From Candidatus Spongiisociaceae bacterium (GTDB lineage: Bacteria > Actinomycetota > Acidimicrobiia > Spongiisociales > Spongiisociaceae): a stretch of DNA of 64,000 nt. Within the stretch, counting starts at the first letter, position 1. Every line of letters begins with the position of its first letter. Shown here piece after piece: positions 10,305 to 17,345 of the stretch. Under the pieces are notes generated by a model. It saw only the letters and a program-made list of their open reading frames with translations, made no database searches and was not told where the DNA came from. The position numbers were made by a program, and so were the translations under genes. The stretch lies in NCBI GenBank assembly GCA_965262915.1, contig OZ253564.1:1344001-1408000 (forward strand). The letters are read 5' to 3'.

Positions 10305-11075
10305 TTACGCCCCGGACGGGCGGAGAGCGGCGAGGAGGGGTATGGAAGCGATCTTGCGCTCGGTCAGTTCTTCCCAGCGCACCCCCGGCGTTCCGCTCCG
10401 ACCTTCACACGGGATGGCGCGCTCCGGAGTGACGATCAGGTCGAGGGCTACGTCGTGGTCGGCTAGAGGAATCAGATCCGGCTCGACGATCTGGATCTCA
10501 TGGACGGTGGTGGCCACCACCGTGGCGGGTCCGATCAGCCCGGCTTCCCATGCCAGGGCGTACTCCAGGTCGCTGAACCCGCCTCCCTTGCCCAGACGGG
10601 CGCCGGTCGTGGCCGCGGCAACGCATCCGGTGATGACCAGGTCGACCGGTTGCATGTCCTCGACCCGGATCGTGCGGGCGGACCGGCTTGCTCCCTTGAT
10701 GGAGGAAGAGGCCCGCGGGGTGCCGGCCAAGTCGTCGGGATCCAGGTAGAAGAACGGTTCGGCGCTCGCAAGCCGGGGCACGGCCATGAAAACCAGCTTT
10801 CCGTCCTCCAAGGCTTTCTGGCGCACCGGCCACTGCGGCGAGTCGGGATTCGACTTGAGCGTTCGGGCTGCCGCCCACTCGCCGGTGCTTCGCAGGCGTT
10901 CGGCGGCTGCTTCGGCCCCAACGAAATTGGGAATCCGTCCACGTGCACCGGGGAAACGGGAGGCCTTGCCTGCAATGAGGCGATCCCACACCAGCTCGCG
11001 CACGTCTGCTTTGGCAGCCAGGATTTCCGGATTACCTCCGGCGTCGTGGTCGTGACGGGGCGCGGACCGTGCCAT
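10305..11075 (-). CDS. 5-formyltetrahydrofolate cyclo-ligase family (MTHFSD-like)
   Basis: GRIPNFVGAEAAA, NPDSPQ, GARLGKGGGFSDLEY, TTVHEIQ, HDVALDLIVTP. Start approximate. Confidence 0.88.
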   Translation of the reverse strand: MARSAPRHDHDAGGNPEILAAKADVRELVWDRLIAGKASRFPGARGRIPNFVGAEAAAERLRSTGEWAAARTLKSNPDSPQWPVRQKALEDGKLVFMAVPRLASAEPFFYLDPDDLAGTPRASSSIKGASRSARTIRVEDMQPVDLVITGCVAAATTGARLGKGGGFSDLEYALAWEAGLIGPATVVATTVHEIQIVEPDLIPLADHDVALDLIVTPERAIPCEGRSGTPGVRWEELTERKIASIPLLAALRPSGA

Positions 11076-11116
11076 GGGGCCCGACCTTACCGGCGTCTGC
11101 GGTCCGCGGTCCCTGG

Positions 11117-11225
11117 AAGGGTGCTGAAAAACCCCGTACAAAGGGGTTCGCTTGCTAGCCACAACTCTCAGACCAGGTGGTTTGCCAACCAGCGAACCCC
11201 GCAAGATTCGTTTTTCAGCACCCTC
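11117..11225. mobile_element. MITE (about 109 bp) with IS1182-like ends
   Basis: IR (A/G)AGGGTGCTGAAAAAC; flanks CTGG and CTAG; internal IR GGGGTTCGCT / AGCGAACCCC. Confidence 0.7.
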
Positions 11226-11339
11226 CTAGCGGCGAGGGCTCGGTGGGTGGCTTCGTGGTTCGTGGGTCACCGGTCACGCGGCACGGTTCACGGCTCGCGG
11301 AGCGCGCTACCGTCGGGCGGCGATCTCGGATTGGAAGGG

Positions 11340-12101
11340 ATGTCGAAACTGGCCCGAGTCCTGGCAGCCGTATTGACGGCGGTGCTGGTCGTGAGCGCGT
11401 GCGGGGGATCGATGGACGCTCCGAGCGCTCGCCGGGAGTTGCTGGTATCGGCCGCCGCCTCGCTCACCGACGCGTTCGCAGAGATCGAAAGGGAGTTCGA
11501 GAGAGCGACTCCCGGAGTCGATGTGGTTCTCAACCTGGGGGGTAGTTCGCTACTGCGCGAGCAGATTCTCTCCGGTGCTCCGGTGGGGGTATTCGCATCC
11601 GCCGATCCGGACACGATGAAGCAGGTTGGCGATGCCGGCTATCTGGACGGCCCGTACCGTGTGTTCGCTCACAATCGTATGGCCATCGCCGTTCCCAGGG
11701 GTAACCCGGCCGGTGTCCGTGGCCTGGATGACCTGGGTGACGGACACCTTCTGGTGGGGCTCTGCGCCGAGATGGTGCCCTGCGGTGACTTTGCCCGGCA
11801 GGTGCTGGCGAAGGCAGGGATCCGACCGGTGGTGGACACCGAGGAACCCAACGTACGCGCTCTTCTGACCAAAGTTGCAGCGGGAGAGCTTGACCTGGCG
11901 GTGGTCTACGTCACCGATATCGCCGTATCAGACTCAGTGGAGGAGATCCCCATCGCCGATGACTACAACGTGGCGACCGACTATCCGATCGCGGTGGTGG
12001 CGGGATCGCCGGACCCGGCCGGCGCCGAAGCCTTCGTCGTCTTCGTCCTATCGGAGGAGGGCAGGCGAATAATGGCCCGTCACGGGTTCTCTCTACCGTA
12101 G
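11340..12101 (+). CDS. modA: Molybdate ABC transporter substrate-binding lipoprotein
   Basis: Lipobox VSAC, SAAASLTDAF, GGSS, FASAD, VPCG, VYVTD. Confidence 0.95.
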   Translation: MSKLARVLAAVLTAVLVVSACGGSMDAPSARRELLVSAAASLTDAFAEIEREFERATPGVDVVLNLGGSSLLREQILSGAPVGVFASADPDTMKQVGDAGYLDGPYRVFAHNRMAIAVPRGNPAGVRGLDDLGDGHLLVGLCAEMVPCGDFARQVLAKAGIRPVVDTEEPNVRALLTKVAAGELDLAVVYVTDIAVSDSVEEIPIADDYNVATDYPIAVVAGSPDPAGAEAFVVFVLSEEGRRIMARHGFSLP

Positions 12102-12107
12102 GCCGGG

Positions 12108-12950
12108 ATGAGTAATACAGATCGGAACTGGGGCAGAGAAGGCTCCTCGAGATCACCGTCCCGGCAGCCGCGGCGGTCGCCGCCGCTGTTCATTCTGATC
12201 CCGGCCGCCATCGGGCTGGCGTTGTTCGTGATCCCGGTGCTCGGACTGTTGGTCCGTGCTCCCTGGCAGGATCTCCCGGCCCTTCTGTCGGCGGAGATGG
12301 TTGCGGACACGCTGTGGCTCTCCCTGCTGTCCTCGGTGGCCGCATCCGTTGTGTCTCTCCTGCTCGGTGTGCCGCTTGCCTGGATGCTCGCCCGCTTCGA
12401 GTTTCCGGGCAGAGCCGTGGTACGGGGTGTGGTCCTGCTTCCTCTGGTCCTGCCACCGGTCGTGGGAGGAGCGGCGCTGCTGTTCGCGCTCGGACGGCGC
12501 GGGATCGTGGGTGCCCCGCTCGAGCGCGTTACCGGCCTGACCCTCCCATTCACCACCTGGGGGGTGATCGTGGCGGTGTCGTTCGTGGCGATGCCGCTGA
12601 TGGTGATAACCGTCGAGGGCGCGCTGCGCAACCTGGATCCCCGCTTCGAGCGGGCCGCCGAGACCTTGGGGGCCCGGAGGTGGACGGTGCTGCGCCGGGT
12701 CACCCTGCCGATGATCGCCCCGTCACTGGTGGCGGGGGCCGCCTTGACGTGGGCCAGGGCATTGGGTGAGTTCGGGGCGACCCTTACCTTTGCAGGGAAC
12801 CTCCAAGGCCGCACCCAGACTCTCCCGCTGGCGGTGTTCGTCGCCCTGGAGACCGACCGGGACACTGCCATTGCTCTCAGCCTGGTGATGGTGGTTCTCT
12901 CGCTGGCCGTGCTGATCTCGCTCCGTGATCATTGGTGGAGGCGGCGGTGA
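12108..12950 (+). CDS. modB: Molybdate ABC transporter permease
   Basis: LPLVLPPVVGG, AAETLGA (EAA loop), WARALGEFGAT. Confidence 0.95.
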   Translation: MSNTDRNWGREGSSRSPSRQPRRSPPLFILIPAAIGLALFVIPVLGLLVRAPWQDLPALLSAEMVADTLWLSLLSSVAASVVSLLLGVPLAWMLARFEFPGRAVVRGVVLLPLVLPPVVGGAALLFALGRRGIVGAPLERVTGLTLPFTTWGVIVAVSFVAMPLMVITVEGALRNLDPRFERAAETLGARRWTVLRRVTLPMIAPSLVAGAALTWARALGEFGATLTFAGNLQGRTQTLPLAVFVALETDRDTAIALSLVMVVLSLAVLISLRDHWWRRR

Positions 12951-14002
12951 GTACCGGCCTCGATGCCCGTGTGGTCGTGGAGCGGGAGGGTTTCGTCCTC
13001 GATGTCTCCCTGAGCATCCCGCCCGACCGGACAGTGGCGGTCCTCGGTCCGAACGGGGCGGGCAAGACCACTCTGGTGGAGGTCCTGGCGGGTCTGCTGG
13101 CGGTAGACCGAGGGTCGGTACGGTTGGGCGACCGGGTCTTGGACGACCCTGCCCACGGGGTCTTCCTCGGGCCCGCTGAGCGTCGCATCGGGGTGGTGTT
13201 CCAGGACGGGATGCTGTTTCCCCATCTCAGTGCACTGGAGAACATCGCCTTCGGGCTGCGCGCCACCGGTGTGCCCAAGTCCGAGGCCCGGAGAAGGGCG
13301 GCCGGATGGTTGGCGGCGGTGGGACTCTCCGATCTTGCCGAGCGCCGACCCGGAGCCATTTCAGGGGGGCAGGCACAACGCGTGGCCTTCGCCCGGGCGC
13401 TGGCAACCGACCCGGAGATGTTGCTGCTCGACGAGCCTTTCTCTGCGCTCGATATCACATCGAGGGTCGGGCTCCGCCGGATGCTGCGCGATCATCTGTC
13501 CGGCTACGCCGGACCCCGCCTGCTGATTACCCACGATCCCACCGAGGCTTTCCTGCTCGCCGATGAGATGGTCATCCTGGAGCGGGGATCCGTGGTCCAG
13601 ACCGGCGGAGCTGACGAGATCAGGCTCCGGCCCGCCAGCCGCTACGCCGCCGACCTGGCCGGGGTCAACCTGGTGGTCGGTACCGCCGCCGGGCGGGTTC
13701 TGACAGTGCAGGGGCACCGGCTGGCCATTGCCGAGGGGGTGGAAGGTCGGGTGATCGCCACCATCCATCCGCGGGCCATCTCGATCCACCTCGGTCCGCC
13801 CGGCGGTAGCCCCCGGAACTCCTGGAAGACGAGGATTCGCCACGTCGACCACCATGCCGACCGGGTTCGGATCCAGACCGGTCGGCCGCTACCCCTCACC
13901 GCCGAGGTGACCCCGGATGCTCAGTCTGCCCTCAGCCTCTTCCCCGGCGCTTCGGTCTGGCTGTCGATCAAAGCCACGGAGATACTGGTTGCTAGGTGCT
14001 AG
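12947..14002 (+). CDS. modC: Molybdate ABC transporter ATPase with TOBE domain
   Basis: GPNGAGKT, ISGGQAQR, LLLDEPF. GTG start overlaps the modB stop; the stop lies inside the heptamer repeat. Confidence 0.9.
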   Translation: MSTGLDARVVVEREGFVLDVSLSIPPDRTVAVLGPNGAGKTTLVEVLAGLLAVDRGSVRLGDRVLDDPAHGVFLGPAERRIGVVFQDGMLFPHLSALENIAFGLRATGVPKSEARRRAAGWLAAVGLSDLAERRPGAISGGQAQRVAFARALATDPEMLLLDEPFSALDITSRVGLRRMLRDHLSGYAGPRLLITHDPTEAFLLADEMVILERGSVVQTGGADEIRLRPASRYAADLAGVNLVVGTAAGRVLTVQGHRLAIAEGVEGRVIATIHPRAISIHLGPPGGSPRNSWKTRIRHVDHHADRVRIQTGRPLPLTAEVTPDAQSALSLFPGASVWLSIKATEILVARC

Positions 14003-14016
14003 GTGCTAGGTGCTAG
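13990..14016 (-). repeat. Tandem heptamer (TGCTAGG)x4, i.e. CTAGCAC on the minus strand
   Basis: tgctagg tgctagg tgctagg tgctag, directly visible; an inverted variant of the CTGRCAC repeat. Confidence 0.9.
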
Positions 14017-15759
14017 CCCCAATTCTTCATGGGGTTGGTGGTGGGGGTGGGTGGTTTGACACGGGAATGCCCTTCTGACCTGCGATTATGGGCGGTGAAG
14101 AAGTCGTCCATGGTCTCAGTCAGGAGGGCACCCGTATGGTGAAGGCTAACAGCAGTTTGAGGTTGAGGGTCGAGGTGGGGGGTGGCGGTCAGGTGGGTCA
14201 TGTGGGGTTGTGGCTGTTAGGCCGGTTCGCGGATCGTATGCGGGTGGGCGAGGTGCTGTCGGAAGCGTTCGGTGCTTCGGGTGTGGTTCATGATCGGGGC
14301 AGGTTGTTGGTTCATTTGATGCTGGTGTTGGCCGGGGGTGGGGAGGCTTGCACCGACATCGAGACGCTGCGTTCCCAGCGCCGATTGTTCGGCCCGGTGG
14401 CGTCGGACTCGACCCTGTACCGGACCCTCACCGGGGCTGATGAGGGATTGTTGGAGACCCTCGCCGGGGCGATGGTCACAGTCCGGGAACGGGTGTGGGC
14501 TGACTATCCGGCGGGCGAAACGGTGATCTTGGACATCGACTCGTCGGTTCATGAGGTGCATTCGGAGAACAAGCAGCACGCCGCGCCGACCTATAACCGC
14601 AAATACGGGTTCCATCCCCTCTATTGCTTTGGGGACTGGACCGGCGAACCCCTCGCTGCTCGGCTACGGCGAGGCGGCGCCGCGCCCAATCAGGTTTCGG
14701 ACCTGGTCGAGGTGCTGGACGCGGCGGTGGAGGCGCTGCCCAAACGGATGCGGGTGGGTCACTCGCCGGGTGACGACCCCGAGCGGGTGGTCTATCCGAT
14801 CCGGGTCCGGGCCGATTCCGCTGCGGGACCCGCGTTCGCTACCGAATGCCACAAACGTAACATCGGGTTCAGTTTCGTCGCTCGAAGATCCGACGGGATC
14901 GCCGAAGCCCTCAGCCACATTCCCCCAGACGACCCACGCTGGCAGCCCGCCCTTCCCCAACCCAGCCCACCCCAAAACAACAACAGAGGCAACCGGACCG
15001 AGATTGACAACCCCGACACCGCGCAGGCCGACGATCCAGAACCCCAGCGGGTTCGTGCCCATGTGATCGAACTCACCGACCACGTCAAAGCCTACAGATG
15101 GCCCAAAGGCCTCCGACTCGTCATCAGACGCGAACCCCGCCACCCCGGCGCGAAACGATCCCTGTTCGACTCCGACGGCTACCGCTACTGGGGACACTGG
15201 ACCGACCAAGCTCAGCCTGCCCCCGAATCCGACCGCGACATGCGCGCCCACGCCCGAGTCGAAACCCACATCGCCCGCGTCAAAGACCACGGCGGCAGCC
15301 GCTTCCCATTCACCAAATACGCTCCCAACCGGCTCTGGCTCCACATAGTCGCCCTCGCCGACACCCTCGTGCGCTGGTTCCAGAAACTCTCCCTACCCAA
15401 ACACCACCCCCTCACCCGAGCGAAGCCGAAAACACTGCGCCCGAACCTATGGCACATACCAGGCATCATCACCCGCCACAGCCGACAAACCACCCTCCGA
15501 ATACCGGTCACCTGGCCCACCGCCACCCTCATCGCAACCACCCACCAACAAATCCAAGCCCTCTAACCCTGAACCGAACCCCCAACACACCCCCCGAACC
15601 TCAACCCGACCACGCCCCGAACACCAACCCCACCCCCTACGAGCCCACCCCAACACACCCCACCATCCTCAGAACCGGCCAACCCGCCAACAACCACCCG
15701 AAGTACCCCACCCCAAAGCGCTCACACCCCCAAACCCGCCAACGCGTGAAGAATTGGGG
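14017..15759 (+). mobile_element. IS1380-family insertion sequence (copy 1)
   Basis: IR CCCCAATTCTTCA / TGAAGAATTGGGG; CTAG at 14013-14016 and 15760-15763. Confidence 0.92.
14136..15566 (+). CDS. IS1380-family transposase
   Basis: HDRGR, VASDSTLYR, ILDIDSS, YGFHPL, RADSA, RREPRHPGA, RAHARVE; RBS AGGAGG. Confidence 0.9.
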   Translation: MVKANSSLRLRVEVGGGGQVGHVGLWLLGRFADRMRVGEVLSEAFGASGVVHDRGRLLVHLMLVLAGGGEACTDIETLRSQRRLFGPVASDSTLYRTLTGADEGLLETLAGAMVTVRERVWADYPAGETVILDIDSSVHEVHSENKQHAAPTYNRKYGFHPLYCFGDWTGEPLAARLRRGGAAPNQVSDLVEVLDAAVEALPKRMRVGHSPGDDPERVVYPIRVRADSAAGPAFATECHKRNIGFSFVARRSDGIAEALSHIPPDDPRWQPALPQPSPPQNNNRGNRTEIDNPDTAQADDPEPQRVRAHVIELTDHVKAYRWPKGLRLVIRREPRHPGAKRSLFDSDGYRYWGHWTDQAQPAPESDRDMRAHARVETHIARVKDHGGSRFPFTKYAPNRLWLHIVALADTLVRWFQKLSLPKHHPLTRAKPKTLRPNLWHIPGIITRHSRQTTLRIPVTWPTATLIATTHQQIQAL

Positions 15760-15802
15760 CTAGTGATTAGTAGGATGTAACTCTATCTTACGTGGGTTTA
15801 AT

Positions 15803-15846
15803 CTGACACCTGACACCTGACACCTGACACCTGACACCTGACACCT
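15803..15846 (+). repeat. Tandem heptamer (CTGACAC)x6 plus CT, left part of an array interrupted by IS110
   Basis: Six perfect units; the array resumes in register at 17328. Confidence 0.95.
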
Positions 15847-15855
15847 AATGGGGGT

Positions 15856-16050
15856 CCACCACTTCTGCCGGTTTGTCTGGGAGGGTGTGGTGGTTGAGCT
15901 GGCCGGCCGGTGAGTACTGGTGGCACCCGGAACGCTGATTCCTAGTGTCAGATCGTACCCCGGCCGGTTCGCGAGGGCCGCTTGTAGCGCTCATGGGGTG
16001 GCGTGCCACAGAGCACTGATCCATTAGGTCGCCGCCAGGCGTTCTCCACA
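15856..16050 (+). ncRNA. IS110 bridge RNA (5' hairpin, target-binding loop, donor-binding loop)
   Basis: LTG TGGCACC 15921-15927, RTG GTGTCAG 15945-15951, LDG TGGGGTG 15994-16000, RDG CCATTAG 16021-16027. Each pair is separated by a short hairpin and closed by a stem. RNA ends approximate. Confidence 0.85.
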
Positions 16051-16086
16051 GCTCGGCAAGAATCGATCCGCACGAGGGAGGCGAAG

Positions 16087-17307
16087 ATGATTTTTGTGGG
16101 TAACGACTGGGCTGAGGGCCACCACGATGTGTATCTGCTGGACGAGGGTGGGACCCGGCTGGGGTTCGCCCGTATACCGGAAGGGATCCAAGGTATAGCC
16201 AGGTTCCACCAGATGGTCGCCGAGCACGCATCGGATGCGGCTGAGGTAGTGGTAGGCATCGAGACCGATCGTGGGCTGTGGGTCGGTGCGCTGGTCGCGG
16301 CGGGCTATGTGGTGTATGCGATCAACCCTAGGGCGGTGTCCCGCTACCGGGACCGTCACAGCCTGGGCGGAGCTAAATCAGACCGCGGTGATGCCAAGGT
16401 GTTAGCTGATCTGGTACGCACCGACCGTCACAACCACCGTCCCGTGGCCGGTGACAGCCCCGAATCGGAAGGTATCAAGATCGTGGCCAGAACGCATCAG
16501 AACCTGATCTGGGCGAGGGTGCGTCACACCAACCAGTTACGCAACGCCCTGCGCGAATACTATCCCGCAGCGCTGGAAACGTTCGCTGACCTGGCCCATT
16601 CCGACGCTGTGGCCGTACTGGGTCGGGCACCCACCCCCGCCCTTGGCGCCCGCCTGACACTGCCCCAGATCCGAGCTGCGCTCAAAAGGGGCGGACGGAA
16701 ACGCAACCTCGATCCGGTCGCCCGCAAAATACAGAAAGGCCTCCGAGCTGCTCACCTCGCCGCACCGGGGCCGGTTGAGGACGCCTTCGGAGCGACTGTC
16801 GGGGCACTGGTGAGCATCATTGGGGAGGCCAACCGCCAGATCAGCCAACTCGAAGCAACCCTGGAGACCCGTTTTGAGCAGCACCCGGACGCCGTGATCT
16901 ACCATTCCCAGCCAGGACTCGGTACTGTGCTCGGCGCCCGGGTGCTCGGTGAGTTCGGGGACGACCCCGACCGTTACACCGGGGCCAAGTCTCGCAGAAA
17001 CTACGCCGGAACGTCGCCCATCACAGTGGCGTCGGGCCGCAAACGTGCTGTCCTGGCCCGCCACGTCCGTAACCGGCGTCTCTACGACGCCTTGGACCAA
17101 TGGGCGTTCTGTTCCCTAACCCCAAGCCCAGGAGCCCGAGCGTTCTACGACCAGAAACGAGCAGCCGGCGACCTCCACCACCAAGCACTCCGAGCCCTAG
17201 CCAACCGACTCGTCGGCATCCTCCACGGCTGCCTCAAACACCGAACCCCCTACAACGAACACACCGCCTGGGCACACCGAACCCTCATCGACCGAGCCGC
17301 AGCTTGA
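16087..17307 (+). CDS. IS110-family DEDD recombinase
   Basis: VGNDWA, IETDRG, AINP, KSDRGDA (DEDD); GTSPITVASG with the candidate catalytic Ser; ALRALANRL. Confidence 0.95.
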   Translation: MIFVGNDWAEGHHDVYLLDEGGTRLGFARIPEGIQGIARFHQMVAEHASDAAEVVVGIETDRGLWVGALVAAGYVVYAINPRAVSRYRDRHSLGGAKSDRGDAKVLADLVRTDRHNHRPVAGDSPESEGIKIVARTHQNLIWARVRHTNQLRNALREYYPAALETFADLAHSDAVAVLGRAPTPALGARLTLPQIRAALKRGGRKRNLDPVARKIQKGLRAAHLAAPGPVEDAFGATVGALVSIIGEANRQISQLEATLETRFEQHPDAVIYHSQPGLGTVLGARVLGEFGDDPDRYTGAKSRRNYAGTSPITVASGRKRAVLARHVRNRRLYDALDQWAFCSLTPSPGARAFYDQKRAAGDLHHQALRALANRLVGILHGCLKHRTPYNEHTAWAHRTLIDRAAA

Positions 17308-17329
17308 CATTTACGCGCCTGGGGTGTCT
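17304..17329 (+). promoter_or_regulatory. -35 half of a circle-junction promoter
   Basis: TTGACA 17304-17309, a 17-nt spacer, then TCT joined to left-end AAT gives TCTAAT only after circularisation. Confidence 0.65.
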
Positions 17330-17342
17330 GACACCTGACACC
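17328..17342 (+). repeat. (CTGACAC)x2, right part of the interrupted array
   Basis: ctgacac ctgacac c. Confidence 0.9.
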
Positions 17343-17345
17343 GAC

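Larger units (their letters stand above)
15847..17327 (+). mobile_element. IS110-family element inserted at a CT core
   Basis: No terminal IRs. CT on both sides (15845-15846, 17328-17329); removing the element and one CT restores a perfect repeat array. Confidence 0.92.

Noticed and set aside
10500-11339. 533-aa extended ModA from the ORF track
   Set aside because: The extension overlaps the opposite-strand cyclo-ligase gene and a MITE, and the signal peptide begins at 11340.
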